Shown: positions 47,641-58,246, counted from the first letter of the stretch. The stretch: DNA of 64,000 bases from a virus (IMGVR_UViG_3300025137_005088:3066-67065); one strand, 5' to 3'. Numbers and translations: made by a program. Notes: generated from the letters alone by a model not told the origin.

Positions 47641-50600
47641 TAGTAGCCTCCGCCGCTAGAACTTGATCCACTGCTTGAACTTGCAGAATTATTACCAGTA
47701 GTATTTTCACCAACTGTTGTTAGGTTTGCTATACTAGTGCCAGTTACTGAAATATTATTTGATTTTACAACTGGAAGAAATAATTCATCACTGCTACTGC
47801 TTATTTCAAATAGTGCAATACTATTTTTTGGATTAGCAACACTTTCGATTGTAATCTGACTTATTTCACCAATCATGTTGTTGTGTATAAACGCCGCCAT
47901 TTCAGTAAAGTAAAAATCTTCACCAAAGTCCCAATTATCAATATTAAAGTATGTATCAATTAAATTTATAACTCGTTGTTTAATCTCTGTGTCACTTAGT
48001 GAGGTATTTGAAGTTTTGGTTACATTAAATTTAGCTTGCAATTCTCCACTTGCTAAATCTCCAAACAATATTTTATACTTAACAGGTCTGTATATCACTT
48101 GATCACTAATACTCTTCTTGCTGTTTAAACTATCAAACGTATCAGTAAGTTCACTTATAGTTGGTGCATTGGGCTTAGTTTCTGGTCTAGTATCATACAA
48201 TGCCCAATTCCTAAATGTAGTATTATAACTGTCTAGTAACACATAGGTATCTATAATATTAGTTGTGCTTGGATCAATCAAATAGTTGATATCAGCTATT
48301 CTATTGTACTGTGTATGTAAACTACCTATACCATTTACAACTGTGGTTCCGTCTGTATCATCCTGTACCGTATAATCAAAACCATTTACAGTTTTAGTGC
48401 CTAACTTAATTGTTTGTGATCCTACGATTCTTTCAAATGCTTCTGGATCATTTGGATATCCGTCGTTATCTGGATCAGCAAGCGTAACCCTCACATTGTG
48501 CGGATCTGAATATCCATCTGCATATATAAAATATCCATATGCATTAAACTGAAAGTCTTTTCCAATTGGATTAGGGTCTGTTTCACTTGTAGGATTGATA
48601 CTTAGAATTTTTACATTGTCTCTGAGAGGTTTAAGTGTTTCACTACTAAATGTTTCTGCAAAATTTAAATTAGTAAATTTAAGTTTCTTAGGACTTCCTA
48701 CAATAAATTGTGTTTTTCTTGTAAGCATTTCCCATTCATTTACACCATAGTTTAATCTAATTATCCAACTATTATCAATGCCTGTACTCGAACCGTCGCC
48801 TGCGTATTGTAAACTAAAGCTAGATACATCGTTTAGTGTTTCGCTGTTAACTGACAAGTTAGCACTTTCAATTACAATCCACTTTTGACTTGCCGCATTA
48901 TAGCGTAGTCCAAAACTATTATTACTGTTAATTTTAGCAATAACGTTTGATCGTGTAGTTTTATCTAAGTCTGTGCTAAGTTTTGGAACTAATCTTCGTA
49001 TTCTACTAGAGCTTCCTACGACACCACTTAAAACTACACTACCTTTTCCTGTATTGTCAATACCTATTGGATTACCAGCACTATTATCGTCTCCTAATCC
49101 ATCTTTATAAAGTCTATCTACTTTAATCCATTGTGTTTTTGCATTAAGTATAATACCTTTTACAGTCGCGCCGGTGCCGCTTCCGCCTGTAATACTAATA
49201 TTAGTACTTTGGTCATATCCACTACCACTATTTGTAATAGCTACTGTAGTTACTGCACCATTTGCTATTGTACAAGTTGCTGTAGCACCTGTACCTTTAC
49301 CTGTGATTACCACAGTTGGTGTGCTAGTATATCCAGTGCCGCCAGTTGTTACGCTAGCACTACTAATATATCCCATTTTATATGGTGAATCAATAAATTC
49401 TACTAATCCATTGATATCTGCTTTTTTAAGTACGCTGGTAGTTGTTTGACCCATTCTTTGAATAATACTATTATAGGTTATATAACCACTACAAGTTCCG
49501 CTTCCTTTTGTAATTTGATTCCATCTGTACACATTTGATTCACTGCCATCTGCGTTAAAAAATATTATACCATCAGTAGTATCATTGAAATCTTTATTAG
49601 CATCATGTGTAGCTGAACTGTACCCTTGTCTATTATAGTAAAAATTAAATATTTCTGGATCAGCTAGAATTGGTTTAACATACTTGTCATATATTTGTGT
49701 GCCGTTTAAACTTGTAGGCAAACTTACAACACTTCTAGATGTTGCTCCATTTTCATAAAGATACACATCATCGGCATACTGTGTTGCATCACTGTATGTT
49801 GCTGTAGGATCATATATGTCACGGAATCTGCTGTGACCACTGTGTACTCTGTTCACACTTTTAATTTTACGAATATTTTCACTAGCTGTTAGAGGTGCAA
49901 TAGCATAGTCATCTGCTGTTACCATTCTATCCTGTGTTGTGAAGAATCGAGGAGCATTCGCTTTGATACTAGCAAGACTTTCTCTTTCACTTGAATTGCT
50001 TACTACACTTTTTAAACTACATCTAAATTTTGCCTGATGTGTGTTTCCGCTTCGGCTAATATATGTAACATTAAAGCCAATACTGTTAAAACCATCTGGT
50101 GTTAAGCTATACGTTCTGTTTAATCCTGTTCTGTACCAAACTCTAATAGTACCACGTGGAATATTACCAAATCTTCCGTCAGCAAAAAGTATACTAATCT
50201 GGTCATTTTCTCTACTACTGATACTGTAAATATCTCTAATTTTATTTTGTTTTGCATTGAACAGTGTATTAGCACCAAATAGTCTATCTACTCTAGTCCA
50301 TGTTTTTAATACTTGACCTACTTCGTCTACAGTTTGAACCCACACTTCACCGTTAGCAACATTATCACTATTAATGTCAACTGCTAAATTTGGTAATCCG
50401 TTGTCGATTTGAAAATCTTTAAAGTTTAGTGTCCCTTGTTTAAATCCTACAAAGAATCCAGTGTTTGGTGAGCCAAATCCACTATTGTCATTTCTATAAA
50501 GTAAATCAACTGCTGTATAAGGATCAGGGTCTTTTTCAATCACTGCATTTATAGTACTGTTAATATTTGGATTGTACAAACTAAATGTTGCATTAGCATT

Positions 50601-51215
50601 ATTAATTTTGTTCGAAAACTCTCTACTAATTTTGTTGTTTGTACTATTTGTTCTATAAATTTCGTTTGAGATACCTTCAATTATTGTTTTGCTAAAAGGC
50701 GATCCAAACTGACTACTACTTTGAAAAATGCTATTCATAATAGCTAAGAAGTTTTGATAGCTTGCAGGGTTTGTTACGTCTTCAAACTGTGTAACAACAT
50801 TTGCAAGACTTTCACCTGTGGCATCAAATACTTGTTCGTCGGTTTGTACACTATCAATCTTTAAAAAGCCATTTGATACAACGTTTCTAGTAGGAGTGTA
50901 ACCTAAGAATTCAGCAATACGCAAGGCGCTTTCTCTGCGTTCTGCTGTACTTAGATAGTTTTCTCTTTGTCCTAGGTCTGCTCTAAATGCTAAGTTATGT
51001 CCTAAGAATGCAATCAATTCAATAAGTGCTATAAATTCACTTGAATTAATGTAATCATTAAAATTTTCTGGATAGTTTGTGCTGATGTAATCAACCATTG
51101 CTGATCTGATTGTTTCAAAATCATATGCTTTTAGATTTGCTTGAGCAAAACTTTCGTATGCTACCGTAAAATCCTCTGCGGCAAATAAACTACTCTGACG
51201 TGCGCCTTGTGCCAT
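47640..51215 (-). CDS. baseplate wedge subunit, T4 gp6-like
   Basis: YDFETIR, ENYLSTAERRES, FADGRFGNIP, ESLASIKANAP, QDRMVTADDY. Confidence 0.88.
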   Translation of the reverse strand: MAQGARQSSLFAAEDFTVAYESFAQANLKAYDFETIRSAMVDYISTNYPENFNDYINSSEFIALIELIAFLGHNLAFRADLGQRENYLSTAERRESALRIAEFLGYTPTRNVVSNGFLKIDSVQTDEQVFDATGESLANVVTQFEDVTNPASYQNFLAIMNSIFQSSSQFGSPFSKTIIEGISNEIYRTNSTNNKISREFSNKINNANATFSLYNPNINSTINAVIEKDPDPYTAVDLLYRNDNSGFGSPNTGFFVGFKQGTLNFKDFQIDNGLPNLAVDINSDNVANGEVWVQTVDEVGQVLKTWTRVDRLFGANTLFNAKQNKIRDIYSISSRENDQISILFADGRFGNIPRGTIRVWYRTGLNRTYSLTPDGFNSIGFNVTYISRSGNTHQAKFRCSLKSVVSNSSERESLASIKANAPRFFTTQDRMVTADDYAIAPLTASENIRKIKSVNRVHSGHSRFRDIYDPTATYSDATQYADDVYLYENGATSRSVVSLPTSLNGTQIYDKYVKPILADPEIFNFYYNRQGYSSATHDANKDFNDTTDGIIFFNADGSESNVYRWNQITKGSGTCSGYITYNSIIQRMGQTTTSVLKKADINGLVEFIDSPYKMGYISSASVTTGGTGYTSTPTVVITGKGTGATATCTIANGAVTTVAITNSGSGYDQSTNISITGGSGTGATVKGIILNAKTQWIKVDRLYKDGLGDDNSAGNPIGIDNTGKGSVVLSGVVGSSSRIRRLVPKLSTDLDKTTRSNVIAKINSNNSFGLRYNAASQKWIVIESANLSVNSETLNDVSSFSLQYAGDGSSTGIDNSWIIRLNYGVNEWEMLTRKTQFIVGSPKKLKFTNLNFAETFSSETLKPLRDNVKILSINPTSETDPNPIGKDFQFNAYGYFIYADGYSDPHNVRVTLADPDNDGYPNDPEAFERIVGSQTIKLGTKTVNGFDYTVQDDTDGTTVVNGIGSLHTQYNRIADINYLIDPSTTNIIDTYVLLDSYNTTFRNWALYDTRPETKPNAPTISELTDTFDSLNSKKSISDQVIYRPVKYKILFGDLASGELQAKFNVTKTSNTSLSDTEIKQRVINLIDTYFNIDNWDFGEDFYFTEMAAFIHNNMIGEISQITIESVANPKNSIALFEISSSSDELFLPVVKSNNISVTGTSIANLTTVGENTTGNNSASSSSGSSSSGGGY

Positions 51216-51577
51216 TATTCTTCACCTGTAAAGTTAAGAAACAGTTCTTCTGCTGTTCCTGTGTCTATGTATTCTAATCTAACCTTTATCTCTAAACTAT
51301 GTTCAGTAGGTTTGCTTAATAGCGTTTCCAACACATTCCAACGTGGATCATTGTTAACTATTTTGTCAACATCATCTCTTGCTTCTTGCTCTGTCGCTTC
51401 ATCTAAAGGCTCAAATACTAATTCAGGTAGTATACTACCAAAAGTAGGATTACCTACTCTTTCTCCACGACGAGTATGAAAATGATTAAGCAAATCACGC
51501 TTTGCAAGATCAGCATCTGTAAGTGTTTTTGCACCGCTAATACTGTCTATTGTGCTATATCCGATATAGGTTACCAT
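51215..51577 (-). CDS. baseplate wedge subunit, T4 gp25-like
   Basis: TRRGERVGNPTFGS, LVFEPLD, NDPRW. Confidence 0.92.
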   Translation of the reverse strand: MVTYIGYSTIDSISGAKTLTDADLAKRDLLNHFHTRRGERVGNPTFGSILPELVFEPLDEATEQEARDDVDKIVNNDPRWNVLETLLSKPTEHSLEIKVRLEYIDTGTAEELFLNFTGEE

Positions 51578-51582
51578 ACTAT

Positions 51583-51590
51583 TATTTATG
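51583..51590 (-). promoter_or_regulatory. late-like promoter variant
   Basis: CATAAATA a few nt upstream of the gp25-like start. Confidence 0.5.
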
Positions 51591-51609
51591 GTAAAATTAA
51601 GTACCCGGT

Positions 51610-52506
51610 TTATATTTTTATTGTAGTTCTTATCAAATCACCTGTTTTCATGGTTTCAGTGATTGTAAGTGTAGTTCCATCAACAGTAAAGTCAAATAAG
51701 TGCTGTTGAATGTTATCATTAATAGTTACTGTAAGTTTTTCCATTGGAGTCATACTAGCAGATTTAGACAGTGTAAACGTATTAGTGCCGCTGTATACGA
51801 AATTTTGTACTATAAGTGTATCATTATAGTCTTTAACTATTTGTCTTTGTTTTCCTTCTGGGGTAAACGATAAAAATTTTAGTGTTTCAGCATAATAGGC
51901 AAATCTTGCTCGACGAAGTTGATCTGTATTGAGTGTACTTTTTTCATTGACCTCTCTGATACTAAAAACGCCTCTACTTCTGTACCAAGTTCTATTTTTT
52001 GGAGTTCCATAGTCTGCTAATCTTAATACAGTTGCAATTTTAATACATAAATCTTTATTAATGGTACTGTTTACTATCATGTTTGCAACTGTCTCATAAT
52101 CAAGTAATCGCAATGGCTTTAATAAATTGTATTCAATGGCACCTTGTATACTTTGAAATAACTTGCCTGTTGCCCAATGATATAGTATTATTGCATCATA
52201 TGCACTTCTACTCATAGTAGTAACATTATTAGCTATTAACTGACTTTTAGCAAGTAACTCTTGTTTATTATATGATTCTTGCCAAAGATCAAATGCTTGC
52301 TGTTCTGTTAGTCCTGTATTATATTCACCTTCGCCATATGCTGTAGTATCAAATCCGCTATAGCTACTAAAAAATCCTAATGCTAACAATCTTGCATTTT
52401 CACTAGAAGTAACATTTTCTAAAGACAGTTGTGTAGTATATGCTGTTTCATCTTTAACAGTAAAATCACTCCATATCTTTTTAAATTTGTTTTCAACTGT
52501 GTCCAT
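51610..52506 (-). CDS. baseplate-associated protein with a degenerate GH24 lysozyme-like domain
   Basis: TTAYG, LTEQQAFDL, SRSAYDAIILYHWATG resemble phage lysozyme motifs; lies between gp5- and gp25-like genes. Confidence 0.45.
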   Translation of the reverse strand: MDTVENKFKKIWSDFTVKDETAYTTQLSLENVTSSENARLLALGFFSSYSGFDTTAYGEGEYNTGLTEQQAFDLWQESYNKQELLAKSQLIANNVTTMSRSAYDAIILYHWATGKLFQSIQGAIEYNLLKPLRLLDYETVANMIVNSTINKDLCIKIATVLRLADYGTPKNRTWYRSRGVFSIREVNEKSTLNTDQLRRARFAYYAETLKFLSFTPEGKQRQIVKDYNDTLIVQNFVYSGTNTFTLSKSASMTPMEKLTVTINDNIQQHLFDFTVDGTTLTITETMKTGDLIRTTIKI

Positions 52507-53912
52507 TACCGTGGTCCTACTTTTCTTGGATTAACTGAACTTGCATTAGAGCTTGTGGCGTTTGCATTTGCATTAGGAGATTGATTATTGTTTATTTTAG
52601 TCATATCTACATCTTTAGCAGTAAATTCGGCAGTAGCACTTGCAACCTGTGGCAACATCTCTTGTTCTTCTGCATGTCCTCCCCACGGTTCAGCTTCTGG
52701 AACTCTTCCGTTTATGCTTTCTTTAACTGAAGTATTCACTGTTAAATTATTTGCTACAGTTTTAGTTGCCGCTGTAGCTTCTGGACCATTCAAATCAATT
52801 AATGTCGCTGTAGTTCTCATATTTCCTTTAGCTCTGATATGTCCATTTAAATCTGTCGTTAATTTAATATCTTTATTGGCATGCAAATTAAACTCACCTG
52901 TTGCGGTTTCTATTGTTGCACCATCTTCTCCTCTTGCTTTCATAGTAATTTTATCTGCATCTAGATTAAAGTTTCCTTCGCAATACAAATTAAAATCTGT
53001 TTTAGTATGCATACTAACAGCTTCTTCGGAGTATATATCTATTTTACCATCATTGCTCATTTGAATCCAACTACTGCCACTTTGATTGATTATATAGATC
53101 ATTCCAGTGCCATCATGCATTAGTATTTGTGCACCGCCTTGACTTGCAAGTCTAACTAAATTACTCAGTCCAGATTTTCTATTTTTGTCTGGTGTTAAAC
53201 AAGTATCGCTATTTGGAAGTGTTCCATCGTCCATAACAAAACTATGTCCGCCGGGTGTATTAAATCCAAACACTTGGGTTGGACTTTCTCTTCGTTGACT
53301 ACTACTGCTTAATCCTCGTAGACTATCTATACCAACACCTTGCCCAGTAAGAGCTTCTCCGTCTTTGCTTTTATCACTGTTCTCTTCACTACCTTTAACA
53401 GTCATCCCAGATGCTCTGGGTCGTTTATTTTTATCTTGTGTTTTTTTAACACTAGGATCTAGTGTAGGTCCTAATGTATCCGCTTCGCTGTCTACAAATG
53501 CCGCCGCATTGCTAGGCACACTAGCATTCCTAGTAACGTCAGGAAGCACACCTACCATTACACCTACATCACTGTTATTAGGAAAAGCTACTAGTATTTG
53601 ACTTCCTGGTGCAGGAGGATGACTGCTCATACCGTAACTATTTGTAGCGTTTGCGTATTGATATGATCCTCCGTATGGAGTTGCACGTCTTATACGATGA
53701 TATTGCTGTCTTTCATCTTTACTATCAACATTACCTGCATAGTTTTCACCGACAAGTTCAACATACATAAACCCTTCATATCTATCATCTACAGTATCAA
53801 TAACTTTTGCGATAAACAAACCTGTGTACTTTTGAAGGCCGTTTACAGATTTAGACATATCATAACCTTTTTCAAAAGTTTGATTTATGTCGTTCATTCC
53901 TTTATATCTCAT
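52506..53912 (-). CDS. baseplate central spike, gp5/VgrG-like (OB fold + beta-helix)
   Basis: TPYGG, PPAPGSQILVAF, TPGGHSFVMDDG, ILMHDGTG, beta-helical repeats. Confidence 0.82.
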   Translation of the reverse strand: MRYKGMNDINQTFEKGYDMSKSVNGLQKYTGLFIAKVIDTVDDRYEGFMYVELVGENYAGNVDSKDERQQYHRIRRATPYGGSYQYANATNSYGMSSHPPAPGSQILVAFPNNSDVGVMVGVLPDVTRNASVPSNAAAFVDSEADTLGPTLDPSVKKTQDKNKRPRASGMTVKGSEENSDKSKDGEALTGQGVGIDSLRGLSSSSQRRESPTQVFGFNTPGGHSFVMDDGTLPNSDTCLTPDKNRKSGLSNLVRLASQGGAQILMHDGTGMIYIINQSGSSWIQMSNDGKIDIYSEEAVSMHTKTDFNLYCEGNFNLDADKITMKARGEDGATIETATGEFNLHANKDIKLTTDLNGHIRAKGNMRTTATLIDLNGPEATAATKTVANNLTVNTSVKESINGRVPEAEPWGGHAEEQEMLPQVASATAEFTAKDVDMTKINNNQSPNANANATSSNASSVNPRKVGPR

Positions 53913-53916
53913 ACTG

Positions 53917-56721
53917 TTATCCTATCATAATATCTTTTAAAAATTGTGGTGCATTTTTAGCTCTTATTCTGCCATTAGCATCAGGTAGTCCTCCCCAATA
54001 AGGACTGCCTCCTTGTGCTTGTCCAAATTGTTTAGCAATATCTACATGAAATCCATTATTTCCCATATAGCCGTTACCAGCACCTATGCCAGTTGCACCT
54101 GCACGTTTAGCTTCAGCTAAAAAGTTTTGTATTAGCGGAACGTCTGCCGGATTGCTTAAACTTAAATTTCTACCAGCGGCATTTTGTATTCTAATATCAG
54201 CCGCCGCACCGTTGTCATGTCGTGTTGTACCTGTTCTATTTCCACCGGAAGCTATATCGGGTTGTCCTCCACTGTATACAACTACACTTAGCCCGCTGTT
54301 ATCAGCCGCAGTTTGTAATATATTTTTAAGTTCAGATTTGATTTCTTGATTTCGTATTGTGCCATTAGAATTAACTTGAGATTCTGTTACACTAGGATTG
54401 GCTACATCACCATCTTCTACTTCACCTAAGTTAGGCCCAGGTTGCTGTTCTGTTTCTGAACCTGGTTGTTCACCTTCGCCTTGCTCTTCTGGGAGTTTCA
54501 ATGCTGGAGATTGTTTTTCTTCTTGCATGTCCATTTGACCAGTACTTAAATACTCCCACATCATACCTACATTTGTATTTGTATCTCTATAACTCTGCAA
54601 TGTCATTGTGAACTGTCCATCAGTATAGCTTACATCTACTGTGTGAACTCTAAATAATCCAACAATACCATAGTTTGCTTCTGGTATCCGCATAAGACCT
54701 GTGTCTGGGTCTGGATAAGTTGGGAAATCTAAATTTAAAAAGTAACTAACACCTCCTCTAGTATAGTTGGCACCCTCTAGTGTTGACTTACGACTTTTAG
54801 GTCTACCTAACCAATAAGGATCTCCTCGTACTGTGATTTGTTGCTGTACTAGATCACCTAAACTTTCTAAATTTAGTTCTACTGCACCCAAGAACACTGC
54901 ACCTGCTGTGTCGCCTTCATCTGGTCCGTTGGTTGCTTTGCTGTTAATAGGCGCAATATCGTGAGTAAGAGGAAAATTATCATATTCATCATTATTTTTG
55001 TTAACACCAAATAGCTCGCTTTGTGTTAAGTATCTTCCAGACTGGTTATTAAATGCTCCGTTGTTTACACGATTTTCTGCTTTTATTTGTTGTTCAAGTA
55101 GTATGACCTGATCTTCTAGAGGACCTTTAGATTGTTCTAGTGTTTTTATTTCTTCTTTTGCGTCTTTGATCCTATTTTGAGATTGTACAACTATACCACT
55201 ATTGTGTGCATCTTCATTTGGATTGAAGTTATCTGCCGAACCGTTGGCTTGCATTGCATTTCTAGCATTCTTAAGATTACCTTCGTTTTCTCTAATGAGA
55301 GCGTTTTGTGCATTAATTTTTTCATTGACCTCTAATAGTGCAGTTTTTTTAATATTAAATTCACTACCAGGTGTACCTTCTCCGCCAAATGTATTAGCTA
55401 CAAATCTACCAGCGCCTTGATTTAATGCTTGTATTTGATAATAAGTTGTGTTAAGATAGATATCTAAGTTTAAAACTTCAGTGTTTAGTCCTGTATGATA
55501 ATAATCAAAACGTTTCTTTAAAAGATCTTTTCTAATAATGCTTTGTAAACGTTCTTTTTGTATTGACCTACTCTTAATAACTTCTTCGTATGAATCAACA
55601 TCATGATGAAGTTCAGGTACAGCAATAGCATGTACGTTAATTGTTATTTCTTTAGCCCAATCTCTTGATATTGGATCGTACATTTGATACACAGTATCGG
55701 TATCGAATACAATCCATTGACTTAAATCTTTCCATGTAGTTGCTTTAGCTTTTGCATCATTGGGATTGTCTTTGTGAAAGCCTCCTTCATCTGTTGGAAG
55801 TTTTCTATATTCTGTTGTTTGAAATAACGCCATTACAATAAGGTCAGTAAGTCTTGTGCCTTTTGGTATAGTAAAAGTTAAATTTCCAGTACCAGTTACA
55901 CTAACATTTCCTAAGTCGACATTACCCGCAGTTGTGTTTTCACCAGTTGGTCTCGATCTGCCAAACTCATCTGGAGTGCTAGTGCTTTGAGACGAGTCTG
56001 GGCTTGATCCAAAAGACCATTCTAAGAATGGGCTAGCTTTTTCAGTAACACCAAATACATAGTCATGTGATAAAGATCTACCTGAGCTATTTGCAACTTG
56101 TTTATCTTCTTGAATATTAACTTGTTTTTGCAGTCCTTGTAAGAATCCTCCAAAAGTACTTGCCGCTACAGTCATGTCTTGTTTTGTAGTAAGTATTAGT
56201 TTTTTGAAAGCATCTTGTGTTGTTTCAATTAAATCTGCTCTGTACTGTGTGGCGCCTTCATTGTATGCAAAGTCTAGAGAGGTCATCGTACACATCCAGT
56301 AATAAGGTGGTGTAATGTTCTGTGTCGGTGCTCCGTCTTGTTCGTATCCTATAAACTTTAGTTCTAACAAGTATGCGGCTTTTAAATGATTTACAATTCC
56401 TAAATCTTGAGCGGCTCGAGCAATTCTTGTATATAGTGTAGCACCACCTGGTTCAACTAAGCTGAAACTAAAAACATTTGCTACTGCTTCTCTGTTAACA
56501 GCTTGTTTGTTAAATGCTAGTTTTAAATTTTGTTGCACACTTTGGATATTAATCTCGGCTTCTACACCGCTTTGAGCAATTATTTTTACATTGTTTGAGT
56601 TAATAACTTGATCGTACTTGTTCACATCTTCTGGACGTACCATATACATAGTCCAGTTATAGGTTACATTGTCATACCCATTGAGTATATTATCTTCATA
56701 GAATTGAACTTTTCTAGCCAT
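53917..56721 (-). CDS. baseplate hub protein with C-terminal peptidase M15-like (LAS) domain
   Basis: YLLELKFIGY, VRGDPYWLG, GQFTMTL; C-terminal RHDNGAAAD and GFHVD. Confidence 0.65.
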   Translation of the reverse strand: MARKVQFYEDNILNGYDNVTYNWTMYMVRPEDVNKYDQVINSNNVKIIAQSGVEAEINIQSVQQNLKLAFNKQAVNREAVANVFSFSLVEPGGATLYTRIARAAQDLGIVNHLKAAYLLELKFIGYEQDGAPTQNITPPYYWMCTMTSLDFAYNEGATQYRADLIETTQDAFKKLILTTKQDMTVAASTFGGFLQGLQKQVNIQEDKQVANSSGRSLSHDYVFGVTEKASPFLEWSFGSSPDSSQSTSTPDEFGRSRPTGENTTAGNVDLGNVSVTGTGNLTFTIPKGTRLTDLIVMALFQTTEYRKLPTDEGGFHKDNPNDAKAKATTWKDLSQWIVFDTDTVYQMYDPISRDWAKEITINVHAIAVPELHHDVDSYEEVIKSRSIQKERLQSIIRKDLLKKRFDYYHTGLNTEVLNLDIYLNTTYYQIQALNQGAGRFVANTFGGEGTPGSEFNIKKTALLEVNEKINAQNALIRENEGNLKNARNAMQANGSADNFNPNEDAHNSGIVVQSQNRIKDAKEEIKTLEQSKGPLEDQVILLEQQIKAENRVNNGAFNNQSGRYLTQSELFGVNKNNDEYDNFPLTHDIAPINSKATNGPDEGDTAGAVFLGAVELNLESLGDLVQQQITVRGDPYWLGRPKSRKSTLEGANYTRGGVSYFLNLDFPTYPDPDTGLMRIPEANYGIVGLFRVHTVDVSYTDGQFTMTLQSYRDTNTNVGMMWEYLSTGQMDMQEEKQSPALKLPEEQGEGEQPGSETEQQPGPNLGEVEDGDVANPSVTESQVNSNGTIRNQEIKSELKNILQTAADNSGLSVVVYSGGQPDIASGGNRTGTTRHDNGAAADIRIQNAAGRNLSLSNPADVPLIQNFLAEAKRAGATGIGAGNGYMGNNGFHVDIAKQFGQAQGGSPYWGGLPDANGRIRAKNAPQFLKDIMIG

Positions 56722-57020
56722 TAGTTTGTCCCGGTAGGTCTGTAATTCTTAGGTGCAACTATCCTAGTTCCTGAGATAAAATCCATTATAGGATCAGTAA
56801 GTGTATCTCTATTGTAATGTGCAAATACCCACCATAGTCTCGAACTTCCGTACATGTCATATGCTAGTAAATCTGGTCGTTTGTTATATTTTGGTTGTAG
56901 TACTAGTGAAGTTGTTTCTTCTGTCAGATTGTCAATGGTCAATGGAGGTTGATACAAGTCTAAGTATTTTTTATTGACAGATGTTGTAACATAGTTACTT
57001 TTATTATCGTATCTCTTCAT
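56721..57020 (-). CDS. baseplate wedge subunit, gp53/LysM-like
   Basis: RPDLLAYDMYGSSRLWWVFAHYN. Confidence 0.85.
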   Translation of the reverse strand: MKRYDNKSNYVTTSVNKKYLDLYQPPLTIDNLTEETTSLVLQPKYNKRPDLLAYDMYGSSRLWWVFAHYNRDTLTDPIMDFISGTRIVAPKNYRPTGTN

Positions 57021-57622
57021 TAAATAAATCCATTTTGATATGCTTTGCCACTAATAAAGTCGTTAGTAGTAAATTCTCTTTTTTGTCTGTCTGGGTTTTG
57101 CTGTACTGCTAATCCAACAAACATGTTCATCATTACTGGTATCTGTGTATCTCCATCAAACAATTTTAGATCTACATTACTATCATATGTTGTACTAAAC
57201 TGTGTTACTACAACAGGAACATTATTAAACTGATTCTGTCCAAATGCACTAAAATTTAATACTGGAGGAGGAGTACCTGCTACAGGTGAGTTTTGATTGA
57301 CTCCAAAAAACATTTTTGAAACACTTCTCAAAAAATGTAATACAGCATATGTATATCTAGCTTCGTCGTCTGTAACACTAGCAAATTGACAAGTCAATTG
57401 TATGTCTGGACTTGGCGTATTTCTATACGCTTGGTATGTATAATTTGTGTGTGTTAGGTCATAAGGCGAGTAACCTACGCTTTGTGAATATGTAATATCG
57501 GGCTGTATAGGAAACATAATGCCTCTATGGACTTGAAGTGGGGCCGCTGGTCCATTGAAGTAAATTGCAGGAGCATTTCTTTTTAAGGTCAGTTTAACAC
57601 GATTTTTACTTAGAACTGTCAT
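57020..57622 (-). CDS. tail tube initiator / baseplate tube-like protein (gp48/gp54-like)
   Basis: FPIQPDI, HFLRSVSKM, PPPVLNFSAFG, NVPVVV; immediately upstream of gp53. Confidence 0.65.
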   Translation of the reverse strand: MTVLSKNRVKLTLKRNAPAIYFNGPAAPLQVHRGIMFPIQPDITYSQSVGYSPYDLTHTNYTYQAYRNTPSPDIQLTCQFASVTDDEARYTYAVLHFLRSVSKMFFGVNQNSPVAGTPPPVLNFSAFGQNQFNNVPVVVTQFSTTYDSNVDLKLFDGDTQIPVMMNMFVGLAVQQNPDRQKREFTTNDFISGKAYQNGFI

Positions 57623-58199
57623 TAATTTTGTCCTTTACAAATCTGTACATATCGGGCTCAATAGTGCCAAAAAATTCTCTGAAAACCATCATCTTTTGAT
57701 TATCATTTAAGCTATCGTTCTTCATTACATCTCTAAAATCAGTAGCACTCATACCACCTTCTTGAATTGGTACTTCAAGCACATACGCTCCTTGGTCACT
57801 AGGTACCATTTCAGCACCTGATTTATAATCTCTGAGAAAACCGCCTCGTTTTAATCTACCCGCATCCTTAGCACTAAACACTAATACCACCGCCGTATCA
57901 TCAGGGTTTTTACCTGTTAGTTTTACATCTGGTCGGTATGGTTGTGTTTGTACAACTTTGTCTATTGGTATGTTAAACATGCCATTCATAATCTGTTTCT
58001 TCTCTTCAAAGCTAAACGGATCACGATCAGATGTTGCAGTCTTGCTAACTGTAGTAGCGATAAATACGTTAGAGGAACCAAACTGTTCCACTAGATTCAT
58101 ATACACTTTGTGATGACCTTTATGCATTGGCTGAAATCTTCCACCATAGAACACAGCAATATCTTTTGCTATGTCTTCTCTCAGTTGTGTTAATCGCAT
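57606..58199 (-). CDS. HxGH nucleotidyltransferase (NMNAT/cytidylyltransferase-like)
   Basis: GGRFQPMHKGH, DPFSFEEK, MSATDFR. Confidence 0.85.
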   Translation of the reverse strand: MRLTQLREDIAKDIAVFYGGRFQPMHKGHHKVYMNLVEQFGSSNVFIATTVSKTATSDRDPFSFEEKKQIMNGMFNIPIDKVVQTQPYRPDVKLTGKNPDDTAVVLVFSAKDAGRLKRGGFLRDYKSGAEMVPSDQGAYVLEVPIQEGGMSATDFRDVMKNDSLNDNQKMMVFREFFGTIEPDMYRFVKDKINDSSK

Positions 58200-58217
58200 G
58201 GTCTTCTCCTATAGTTG

Positions 58218-58225
58218 TATTTATA
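58218..58225 (-). promoter_or_regulatory. T4-type late promoter heading the tail/baseplate operon
   Basis: Exact TATAAATA followed by an AGGAG RBS and ATG 58199. Confidence 0.8.
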
Positions 58226-58246
58226 GGATAATTATATATGTAGTTA

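Noticed and set aside
49150-49370. G.GY...PTV.I repeats in gp6 and the giant protein
   Set aside because: This is a common repeat module of T4-like structural proteins and is not unusual.
33-57233. Many short + strand ORFs in the track opposite the - strand genes (e.g. 11522..12046, 52588..53064, 39992..40387)
   Set aside because: They are antisense shadows of long motif-bearing genes and show no recognisable motifs.
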